The position numbers and the translations under genes are program-made. Shown in pieces: positions 1 through 7,194 of a stretch of DNA of 64,000 nucleotides. How positions within the stretch are numbered: position 1 is the first letter of the stretch; every line of letters begins with the position of its first letter. The notes below the pieces were generated by a model that was given only the letters and a program-made list of their open reading frames with translations, was not told the DNA's origin and did no database searches. This DNA is from Acutalibacteraceae bacterium. GTDB taxonomy: Bacteria > Bacillota > Clostridia > Oscillospirales > Acutalibacteraceae. The stretch spans positions 89 through 64,088 of the forward strand of contig JAZPZK010000069.1 of the NCBI GenBank assembly GCA_045544675.1. The letters run 5' to 3'.

Positions 1-136
1 AAGTGAAATAAAATTCGCCCTTAACATTTGCGAAGCAAATATTTCATATGCGACAGCATATTTCATAGCGTTGCTATTTCACTCGCCGTAAGGCGAATTT
101 CATTGAAAAAAGCACTTCCGAAGAAGTGCTTTTTTC
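1..136. repeat. Array of short variable hairpins, each followed by ATTTCAT(T) (linkers at 41-47, 60-66, 76-82, 97-104). It is closed by a strong hairpin at 106-135 and may be truncated by the window edge.
   Basis: Read directly: atttgcgaagcaaat|atttcat|atgcgacagcat|atttcat|agcgttgct|atttcac|tcgccgtaaggcga|atttcatt, then aaaaa-agcacttc-cgaa-gaagtgct-ttttt. 2-9 agtgaaat is the reverse complement of 77-84. Confidence 0.6.
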
Positions 137-155
137 TGGCCCGCCCAGAGGGATT
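137..155 (-). repeat. 19-nt copy of the 3' end of tRNA-Arg(CCG), including CCA, acceptor strand and part of the T arm
   Basis: tggcccgcccagagggatt is identical to 1386-1404. It diverges at the next base and has no tRNA body. Confidence 0.85.
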
Positions 156-280
156 TTGTTCCGGCGCTCCCGCGCCAATCGCCTCGCTTCGCTCGTTGCC
201 CCGTCGGCGTAAATGCTCCCCCGGAACATTTCCTTCCGCTTCGCTCCCTCCTTGTTCGAATCCCTCTGTTTAATCTGAAT

Positions 281-322
281 AAAAAAATACAACGGCACCT
301 CTCGGTACCGTTATATTTTTTT
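281..322. terminator. Bidirectional intrinsic terminator-like hairpin
   Basis: aacggcacc-tctc-ggtaccgtt (one mismatch), flanked by an A-run upstream and a T-run downstream. It lies just past the stop of the 377..1111 ORF. Confidence 0.55.
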
Positions 323-376
323 GTGTTTACAGCTCAAAATGGCAACATAATATTCAATCCTATACTGAACAAAATA

Positions 377-1111
377 TTAATGCATTTTTGTGTGAATCTG
401 AGGCACAAGCAAAACAGGAGGGTCTTGTCGATATGCCGAAATATCATGTACATATGACTCAATCATTTTTCCTGTTATTTTTTTGTGATTTGTAATATCA
501 AGCTCATATATCCATAATTGTGCAGGCGAACCAGATTCTTCAATGGATTTACTCTTGCTTGAATGCGATAAATTTGGAACATAATGCCATTGTTCACATA
601 TAGCAATAAATTGCAAATCAGACGGATATGTATATTTTTCAATCCACATCTCTGCATTATTTATTTGAATAAATGTTGAAACATTTCCATTGTCATCCCA
701 ATTAGTTGCCTTAGCGTAATATGGATAAGCGCAAAAATGCTCCTCGTACCGATAAATCGGAATAGCCCACTCAAAACCATTTCGTTCAAAAACACAATAA
801 AAGTATTTAAGACTGTCCCCATGATCTGTAATTCGTATCAGTTTTCCCTCTTCATCATATTCATAAGACAAATAATCACTGCGATTTCCTGGATTATTTA
901 ATTTCTTACCTTTTTTGTAAGCTCTTGAATATCCGATATTTAATAGTAATGAGGGCGTATGAAGACCTAACAACAATGAAGGTGTAGAATATATTATCTT
1001 TGTGGATTTTTTGTTAGCAAAATAGTCTGCATTATCAAGAGCGTATTTTAATGCTTCCTGATAATACGTCATTATATCATCAAAATCTTGATAGTAATTC
1101 TTCATACACAA
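377..1111 (-). CDS. Hypothetical protein, 244 aa, Tyr/Trp-rich, no recognised domain (orphan gene between the tRNA-Arg repeats)
   Basis: Long ORF with a GGCGGTG-type RBS 7 nt before the ATG. No motif I can name. Isolated between two structured repeat regions. Confidence 0.6.
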   Translation of the reverse strand: MCMKNYYQDFDDIMTYYQEALKYALDNADYFANKKSTKIIYSTPSLLLGLHTPSLLLNIGYSRAYKKGKKLNNPGNRSDYLSYEYDEEGKLIRITDHGDSLKYFYCVFERNGFEWAIPIYRYEEHFCAYPYYAKATNWDDNGNVSTFIQINNAEMWIEKYTYPSDLQFIAICEQWHYVPNLSHSSKSKSIEESGSPAQLWIYELDITNHKKITGKMIESYVHDISAYRQDPPVLLVPQIHTKMH

Positions 1112-1144
1112 GCACCGCCTTTGATTACTTGCTCTATATAATTT

Positions 1145-1173
1145 ATTTTATAACAACAAACCTTAAAAGTCAA
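1145..1173 (-). promoter_or_regulatory. Candidate sigma-A promoter for the 377..1111 ORF
   Basis: On the minus strand: TTGACT (1173-1168), 17-nt spacer, TAAAAT (1150-1145). Confidence 0.35.
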
Positions 1174-1180
1174 ATCCGTT

Positions 1181-1360
1181 TGCCCGAAGGGCAACATCAT
1201 TGTGCCGAAGGCACACTTCATTGCGTCAGCAGTTCATTTGCCGAAAGGCAACTTCATTCGTTTATGTCCGCAAGCAAACAATGAAGTTGACAGTAAGCTG
1301 TCAAATGAAGTAGTCGCTTCGCTCGTAATGAAGTTATGTCCTTGCGGACATAAATGAAAA
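1181..1360. repeat. Hairpin ladder: four hairpins each followed by A(C/G)(A/T)TCATT, a centre, then AATGAAGT x3 and AATGAAAA each followed by a hairpin
   Basis: Linkers at 1194-1201, 1215-1222, 1231-1238 and 1251-1258 are reverse complements of 1280-1287, 1304-1311, 1327-1334 (and partly 1353-1360). The hairpin sequences all differ. Confidence 0.7.
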
Positions 1361-1385
1361 ATCCAAGTCTTTCGACTTGGATTTT
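1352..1385 (-). terminator. Terminator hairpin immediately 3' of tRNA-Arg
   Basis: atccaagtc-tttc-gacttggat (1361-1382). On the minus strand it is followed by TTTTCATTT. Confidence 0.6.
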
Positions 1386-1462
1386 TGGCCCGCCCAGAGG
1401 GATTCGAACCCCCGTTCTTCAGAATCGGAATCTGCTGCGTTATCCAACTGCGCCATGAGCGG
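1386..1462 (-). tRNA. tRNA-Arg(CCG), 77 nt with encoded CCA
   Basis: Reverse complement folds as a cloverleaf: acceptor CCGCTCA/TGGGCGG, T arm GGGGG-TTCGAAT-CCCTC, anticodon loop TTCCGAT. Confidence 0.93.
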
Positions 1463-1465
1463 TTA

Positions 1466-1496
1466 CAAAATATAAGCGGCGGTAAACCGCCGCATT
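1466..1496 (-). terminator. Hairpin terminator after the 97-aa ORF, just upstream of tRNA-Arg
   Basis: gcggcgg-taaa-ccgccgc with T-rich flanks on both strands. Confidence 0.6.
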
Positions 1497-1500
1497 GTTT

Positions 1501-1794
1501 TTATTCGGCCAAAGCTCTTTCAAGCCAGATCTTGCCAATGTCCATTGCACTGTAAAGACCCTTCTTTTCTGTCTTCTGTGCGATTCTGTCGTGCGGTCTG
1601 ACATTAGGATCAGTGTTGATAAGCTGAACAGATACTCTGTCAGCAACCTGAAGTCCGTTAAGATCCTTAGTTGAAAGAATCTGATAAACAACAACAAACT
1701 TATCGCTCATATTGCCGTAATAAATTGTATTACCCTTTCTGACTAAAGGCTTATCCTTATATGTCAGAAACTCGTTTTTCTTCTTAGCTGCCAT
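1501..1794 (-). CDS. Conserved hypothetical protein, 97 aa
   Basis: ORF with GGAGG RBS 6 nt upstream of the ATG. Follows ireB in the same orientation. Confidence 0.7.
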   Translation of the reverse strand: MAAKKKNEFLTYKDKPLVRKGNTIYYGNMSDKFVVVYQILSTKDLNGLQVADRVSVQLINTDPNVRPHDRIAQKTEKKGLYSAMDIGKIWLERALAE

Positions 1795-1808
1795 TTTGAA
1801 CCTCCGGA

Positions 1809-2054
1809 TTATTTACTAAGATAATTCTTCACAAGCTCCTGCAGAAGTTCATCTCTGTCGATCTTTCTTATCATACTGCGGGCGTTATTGTGGGTAGTAA
1901 TATATGTCGGATCTTCAGAAAGAATATAGCCGACAATCTGATTTATAGGGTTATAGCCTTTTTCTACAAGTGCCTGATATACACGTGAAAGTGTCTCCTT
2001 CATTTCATCAGGTGTACCTGCTTCAAGCTTAAACTGTATGGTCTTATCTGTCAT
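1809..2054 (-). CDS. ireB: IreB family regulatory phosphoprotein (UPF0297/YrzL)
   Basis: Sequence MTDKTIQF...[35 protein letters not shown] is typical of UPF0297. GGAGGG RBS 7 nt before the ATG at 2054; the ORF-track start at 2069 overlaps that RBS. Confidence 0.85.
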   Translation of the reverse strand: MTDKTIQFKLEAGTPDEMKETLSRVYQALVEKGYNPINQIVGYILSEDPTYITTHNNARSMIRKIDRDELLQELVKNYLSK

Positions 2055-2184
2055 TATATGACCCTCCAATCAATCTGGATTTAAATATTTCAACACATAT
2101 TATATCTCATTTTAAATAATAAAACAATGGTATTTTGAACATTTTTATAAAGTTTTTATGACATTTTTATTCATTATAGGATTT

Positions 2185-3072
2185 TTATCCGTCTTTTTCA
2201 CTCTTTTTAATCACAGATAATCCGGAAAGAGCATCAGTAGGACAAGCTTTAATGCACATTCCGCAACGTATGCACTCTGCCGCGTTCGGGTTATGCATAA
2301 CATCAACATTCATTTTGCAGACATTGTTGCATGCCTTACAAGAGACACATCTTGTGTCGTCCTTGCGAATCTTTAAAACCGAAATGCGATTAAACAATGA
2401 ATAGACGGCGCCCAGCGGACAGATGTATTTACAAAACGGTCTGTAAATAACAACCGATAACAGAACAATAATGACAAGGATTACAAACTTCCACGCATAT
2501 AAAAATCCGAGTGTGCTTCTCAAAGCATTATCTGCAATCAAAAGCGGAACGCTGCCTTCAAGAGTGCCTGCAGGACATATCCATTTGCAGAACCAAGGCT
2601 CACCAAGCCCTGTTATATCAACTACAAACATCGGTAATATTATTACGAACAGAACTAAAATTACATATTTCAGCTTTCTGAGAGCTTTATCACCCCTGAA
2701 GGTCTTAAGCTTTTTCGGGAAAGGTATTTTATTAAGCAAATCCTGAATCAAGCCAAACGGACAAAGCCAACCACAAACAAACCTGCCGAATAACGCGCCG
2801 ACAAATATAAGAAATCCGGAAACATAAAATGAAAAGCTGAAGTTTCTCGAACCGATGACCGCCTGCATAGCTCCGATAGGACAGGAGCCTAATGCTCCGG
2901 GGCATGAATAACAGTTAAGACCGGGCAAGCATATTTTTTTTATTTCTCCGGTATATATTTTTCCCTCTTTAAAACCTATAAGAAAACTGTTTGTTATAAG
3001 CATCCAGAAAGATTGAAACAGAATGCGTGTTTTTTCTGATTTTTTTATCTTTTCTTTTTTATCCAATGCCAA
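2185..3072 (-). CDS. Polytopic membrane 4Fe-4S binding protein (NapH/MauN-like)
   Basis: Multiple TM helices, CxxCP motifs and a C-terminal CxxCxxCxxxCP ferredoxin motif (CIRCGMCIKACP). The start is uncertain (TTG at 3072). Confidence 0.85.
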   Translation of the reverse strand: MALDKKEKIKKSEKTRILFQSFWMLITNSFLIGFKEGKIYTGEIKKICLPGLNCYSCPGALGSCPIGAMQAVIGSRNFSFSFYVSGFLIFVGALFGRFVCGWLCPFGLIQDLLNKIPFPKKLKTFRGDKALRKLKYVILVLFVIILPMFVVDITGLGEPWFCKWICPAGTLEGSVPLLIADNALRSTLGFLYAWKFVILVIIVLLSVVIYRPFCKYICPLGAVYSLFNRISVLKIRKDDTRCVSCKACNNVCKMNVDVMHNPNAAECIRCGMCIKACPTDALSGLSVIKKSEKDG

Positions 3073-3205
3073 TGCACTCCAGACATATTCTTATTGCCTT
3101 GCTGAACATAACAGCTATTTCCCCGCGTTCCGTGCCGAAAATCATAAGTGCAACGCCGAACAGCATAAGGAAAATTCCGTATAATGACGAACATCTTTTT
3201 TTCAT
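3059..3205 (-). CDS. Small membrane CXXC protein, 48 aa (CD1871A-family-like); absent from the ORF track
   Basis: MKKRCSSLYGIFLMLFGVALMIFGTERGEIAVMFSKAIRICLECIGIG. AAGGTGG RBS, one TM helix, C-terminal CLEC. Overlaps the start of the 4Fe-4S gene by 14 nt. Confidence 0.7.
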   Translation of the reverse strand: MKKRCSSLYGIFLMLFGVALMIFGTERGEIAVMFSKAIRICLECIGIG

Positions 3206-3351
3206 AAATCCACCTTAATAACTCTTTCTTTTACTGAATTATATCATATTAAAACATATATTTCATCAAAAACCTTTAAATTATATAAAAAATAAAAGGA
3301 AAATTTTTTTAATTCCAAAACAGAACTTATTACCTATAAAAGAGGATTATA

Positions 3352-4122
3352 ATGTATAAAAACTTTTTTCAGAGGTTTAAAATGAGCAGACTGTCGTTTT
3401 CAAAAAGTAAAATACAAACGCTCAAGAGAGCTTCATATGTTGCATTTCCCCATTCATTACCCATTCTCTTCGGATACGGCTTTCTTGGGCTTACATACGG
3501 CATACTGATGAGCGTTAACGGTTTTTCACCTTTATATACATTTATGATGTGTGTGCTTCTTTTCGGCGGTTCAACGCAGATAGTTGCTGTATCAATCCTT
3601 ACAGGGCCATACGATGTGCTCAACTCTTTTATTATAACCTTCGTTCTGTGTGCAAGACATATTTTTTACGGATTATCTATGCTCGAACGCTACAGAGGAC
3701 TTGGTATTAAAAAAATTTATATGATTTTCGGTATGGTTGATGAAACCTTTTCTATTAATTATTCTGCCGAGCCTCCCAAAGATGTTGACCGCGGATGGTT
3801 TATGTTCTTTGTAACTCTCTACAACCATATTTATTGGATAATCGGTTCAACACTCGGTGCAATTTTCGGCTCCCTCATCGGATTCAGTACCGAAGGCATA
3901 GATTTTGTTATGACAGCTATGTTTGTTGTTATTTTTATAAATCAATGGCAAAAGGATAAAAGCCATCTGAGCGCTGCTTTCGGACTTATCCTCTCAGCTC
4001 TCTCGCTTCTGATTTTCTCTGCAGATAATTTTATAATTCCGGCTATGGTTGCCATCTTTTTAGCACTTACTGTTTCAAGAAAACATCTTGAAAGAAAGGT
4101 CGGTGAAGACAATGACCTTTAA
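3352..4122 (+). CDS. azlC: AzlC family branched-chain amino acid permease subunit
   Basis: Polytopic membrane ORF followed by an overlapping small AzlD-like ORF; typical azlCD pair. Confidence 0.85.
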   Translation: MYKNFFQRFKMSRLSFSKSKIQTLKRASYVAFPHSLPILFGYGFLGLTYGILMSVNGFSPLYTFMMCVLLFGGSTQIVAVSILTGPYDVLNSFIITFVLCARHIFYGLSMLERYRGLGIKKIYMIFGMVDETFSINYSAEPPKDVDRGWFMFFVTLYNHIYWIIGSTLGAIFGSLIGFSTEGIDFVMTAMFVVIFINQWQKDKSHLSAAFGLILSALSLLIFSADNFIIPAMVAIFLALTVSRKHLERKVGEDNDL

Positions 4123-4438
4123 TCAACAGATTATTATTGTAGCAGTTATGGTTCTTGCTACTCTTATTATGCGATTTGCACCCTTTGTCATCTTTCCGGA
4201 TAACAAACCAATTCCCAAATTCATACATTATATGGGAAAAGTTTTACCGGCATCTGTATTCGGTCTTCTTATTGTCTATTGCCTTAAAAATGTAAATGTC
4301 TTTGAGGGAAGTCACGGTATACCCGAGCTTATTGCAATCACTGTCACAGCACTTTTACACTTATGGAAAAAGCAGATGCTTATTTCTATCTCCGGCGGTA
4401 CAATATGCTATATGATATTGGTGCAGCTTGTATTTTAA
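4112..4438 (+). CDS. azlD: AzlD family branched-chain amino acid transport protein
   Basis: About 108-aa hydrophobic ORF overlapping the azlC stop. ATG at 4112. Confidence 0.8.
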   Translation: MTFNQQIIIVAVMVLATLIMRFAPFVIFPDNKPIPKFIHYMGKVLPASVFGLLIVYCLKNVNVFEGSHGIPELIAITVTALLHLWKKQMLISISGGTICYMILVQLVF

Positions 4439-4445
4439 TATTTAT

Positions 4446-4475
4446 ACACACCGCAAAATATGCGGTGTGTTTTTT
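4446..4475 (+). terminator. Intrinsic terminator after azlD
   Basis: acacaccgca-aaata-tgcggtgtgt followed by TTTTT. Confidence 0.8.
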
Positions 4476-4519
4476 ATAAACTCAAACGTATTGACCAATA
4501 ATGATTCAGAGGTGATTCA

Positions 4520-5194
4520 ATGATTAACAGTTTAATAAGATCATTAATTGTATATATTGCAGTTATACCCGCTGTAAGACTTATGGGGAAAAGACAGATC
4601 GGCGAGCTTCAGCCTTCGGAACTTGTTATAACACTTTTGCTTTCAGAGGTAGCGGCAATGACGTTACAAAACAACTCAATACCGCTTATTACAAGTCTTA
4701 TACTGATTTTTGCGCTTGCAGGATTTGAGGTTGTTTCATCGGACTTATGTATGAATTATCCTCTTATCAGAAAATTAATTCAGGGTAATCCCGTTCTTGT
4801 TATCAAGAACGGAAAGATAAACGAAAAAAAGCTCAGAGCGTTAAGGTACAGCATAGATGACCTTCTTGAAGCTCTGAGGCTTAAGGATGTGTTTGATATA
4901 AAATCAGTAGACTTTGCATACGTAGAAACAAACGGTTCGGTAAGTGTTAAGCTCAAGAAGAACTACAGACCGCCTACAAAGGTTGATGATAAGGCACAGG
5001 ACGGCGTTATACCCTATATTGTTATCGGTGACGGAAAAATAATCGACCGTGAGTTCAGATACTGTAATATGACACGAAAAAAGCTTGATAAAATACTCAC
5101 AGAAAATAAAGCTGAGATAAGGGATGTACTTCTTATGACAGTTGATTCAACAGGTGAATACAGTATAATAAGAAGGCAGGCTGAAAACATATGA
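4520..5194 (+). CDS. DUF421 (YetF-like) membrane protein
   Basis: N-terminal TM helices plus a conserved C-terminal domain, paired with a DUF4363-like ORF as in many Firmicutes. Confidence 0.8.
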   Translation: MINSLIRSLIVYIAVIPAVRLMGKRQIGELQPSELVITLLLSEVAAMTLQNNSIPLITSLILIFALAGFEVVSSDLCMNYPLIRKLIQGNPVLVIKNGKINEKKLRALRYSIDDLLEALRLKDVFDIKSVDFAYVETNGSVSVKLKKNYRPPTKVDDKAQDGVIPYIVIGDGKIIDREFRYCNMTRKKLDKILTENKAEIRDVLLMTVDSTGEYSIIRRQAENI

Positions 5195-5571
5195 AACGCT
5201 TATTAATATCCGTATTAATATTTTCTGTTGCAGTTTTAATCTGCTTTACCGGATATATATATGTTGAAAACCGAGCAGTAAAGCTGACTGAGCTACTTGA
5301 TAAGACGAATATTGAAATCAGCAAAAATAATACTGAAGCAATAAATACTTGTACTGAAGAAACAGTAGCCTTTTGGAAAATAATTGAGCCGACGTACAGA
5401 GCTTTGATTGACGGAGAGACATGTAACAAGCTTGATGAAGAAGTTTATTCGATACAATTCAGCGTAATAAAAGCAAGCTACTCCGATGCTGAAATCCATA
5501 TAAACAACTGTCTGATAATTCTAAAACAGATTTCTGATTCAGAGAAGCTATCTATTGAAGCTATATTATAA
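5191..5571 (+). CDS. DUF4363-like protein
   Basis: Overlaps the DUF421 stop (ATGA). N-terminal TM helix. Typical partner gene. Confidence 0.7.
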   Translation: MKRLLISVLIFSVAVLICFTGYIYVENRAVKLTELLDKTNIEISKNNTEAINTCTEETVAFWKIIEPTYRALIDGETCNKLDEEVYSIQFSVIKASYSDAEIHINNCLIILKQISDSEKLSIEAIL

Positions 5572-6159
5572 ATACTTCAGAAAATCCTTGTTTCTTGCTG
5601 CAATCTCTCTTAATGAATAAAAGTATTCGTGAGCATATCGGTTTGGGGCAGCCTCAAGGCCGTATGCTTCAATGCCGAGTCTTTCAGCAATGTATAAAGC
5701 TCTGTAGAGATGAAAAGGTTGGGTTATTATAATTACTTTTTTATCATCATACTCTGATAAAAAATTTTCCATACTTTCTCCTGTTGAAAAGCCGCAATTA
5801 TCATCAATCAGCCTTGACTCTTCAACTCCGTGTTCAACCATAAATCTGTGCATAACACCTACCTCATTATATGTCGGTCCGCTGTTATCCCCGGATAAAA
5901 TCAGAACAAGATCTTCATTTTCATTCATCAGTTCAACCGCCTTTATAAGTCTGTCATAAAGCATATCCGATGGCTCGTCGCCTCTGATACCGCAACCCAG
6001 AACAAGTGCATATTCTGCATCCTTCAGATGCGCTGCTGTACCTGACGGAACAATCTTTCTTTCCTGAGAAAAGACAACAAAAAAATTAACTGACATAATA
6101 TAGATAGATATAACAACAAATAACAGCACCATTATTTTGCAAAGTTTTTTTAATTTCAT
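5566..6159 (-). CDS. ElyC/SanA/YdcF (DUF218) family protein
   Basis: TM anchor followed by a DUF218-like core (LVLGCG...ILSGDN...ITQPFHLYRA). AAGGAAGGTG RBS before the ATG at 6159. Confidence 0.8.
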   Translation of the reverse strand: MKLKKLCKIMVLLFVVISIYIMSVNFFVVFSQERKIVPSGTAAHLKDAEYALVLGCGIRGDEPSDMLYDRLIKAVELMNENEDLVLILSGDNSGPTYNEVGVMHRFMVEHGVEESRLIDDNCGFSTGESMENFLSEYDDKKVIIITQPFHLYRALYIAERLGIEAYGLEAAPNRYAHEYFYSLREIAARNKDFLKYL

Positions 6160-6263
6160 TTTTACACCTTCCTTATATAAACCGATTATATAATCCGTTA
6201 CAAAATTTATCAATAACCGGGAAGGAAATGTAAGAATATCTTAAGACAAAAAGAGTGTGAAAA

Positions 6264-7193
6264 TCACACTCTTTTTTTACATTCAAAACAAACCCAACCG
6301 CCTTCGGTGTGTCTGTCAATTATATCAAATCCGTATTTATCAAAAGCTGATATAACATCCTGTTCTCTCGTGTCAATAATTCCTGAAGTTATGAAAACCG
6401 AATTCTCCTTCATAAAGTCGGCAACGTCCTTACAGAACATTATAATAACATCTGCAACAATATTAGCAACAACTACATCATATTTTCCGCTTACCTTATC
6501 GGTCAGATTACCCTGAAGGATACAGTATTCAGGCTCTTTGAATCCGTTAGCTTCACCGTTTTCAATTGCGGTTTTTACAGCGAGAGCATCTATATCAACG
6601 CCAACTGCCTTTTCAGCCCCGAGAAGAAGTGAGGCTACCGACAAAATACCGCTTCCGCAACCGATATCAAGTACAGTTGTGCCATCATTTATGTGCTTTT
6701 CTAAGGTTTCAAGGCAAAGACGAGTAGTTTCGTGAGTACCGGTGCCGAATGCAAGTCCGGGCTCGATATTAAGAACCTTTCTTCCCTGAGAATCGAATTC
6801 CTCCTCCCACGTAGGTCTGATGAGAAGCTTGTTGCCAACGGGAATAGGATGAAAATACTGTTTCCAGTTGTTTTCCCAATCTTCATTTTTACAAGCATTC
6901 AGTTCAATTTCATTAGCAATACCCTCAGCAGAATATCTTTCTCTCAGAAAAGCTACTGCTTCCTGAGGATTTTCCTGAGGTGCAATATAAACATGCACAA
7001 TTGCCTTTGTTCTGTCCTTTTCAAGCAGCTCTTCATCAATAAGATCAATATGTGCAATCTCCCAGGCTTCCTTTTCAAGCTCGCTGTAATCCTCTATGTA
7101 AATACCGTAGGGAACTACCATAGATGCTATGTCGCCTGCTTTATCAACATTTACTGCATCAACAATAATTTTTACTTCTGTCCATTCACTCAT
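6264..7193 (-). CDS. prmA: Ribosomal protein L11 methyltransferase
   Basis: PrmA N-terminal domain plus SAM-binding motif VLDIGCGSGILS. Confidence 0.92.
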   Translation of the reverse strand: MSEWTEVKIIVDAVNVDKAGDIASMVVPYGIYIEDYSELEKEAWEIAHIDLIDEELLEKDRTKAIVHVYIAPQENPQEAVAFLRERYSAEGIANEIELNACKNEDWENNWKQYFHPIPVGNKLLIRPTWEEEFDSQGRKVLNIEPGLAFGTGTHETTRLCLETLEKHINDGTTVLDIGCGSGILSVASLLLGAEKAVGVDIDALAVKTAIENGEANGFKEPEYCILQGNLTDKVSGKYDVVVANIVADVIIMFCKDVADFMKENSVFITSGIIDTREQDVISAFDKYGFDIIDRHTEGGWVCFECKKRV

Positions 7194-7194
7194 A

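Noticed and set aside
190-271. A plus-strand tRNA or tRNA pseudogene, suggested by gttcgaatccctctg
   Set aside because: Only the T-loop and the 3' T-stem/acceptor strand match. There is no 5' T-stem partner, anticodon arm or D arm, and no CCA.
28-298. Track ORFs 28..273(+) and 74..298(-)
   Set aside because: They lie on repeat and tRNA-fragment DNA, have no RBS and have low-complexity translations. They are judged non-coding.
1202-1249. Spo0A boxes (TGNCGAA) in the hairpins gtgccgaaggcac and gccgaaaggc
   Set aside because: There are only two matches and both are by-products of the CCGAA(G/A)GG hairpin loops. The other hairpins lack the motif.
1181-1360. A CRISPR-like array (regularly spaced repeats with variable inserts)
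   Set aside because: The conserved unit is only 8 nt and occurs in both orientations. The variable parts are 8-22 nt self-complementary hairpins. No cas genes or leader are present.
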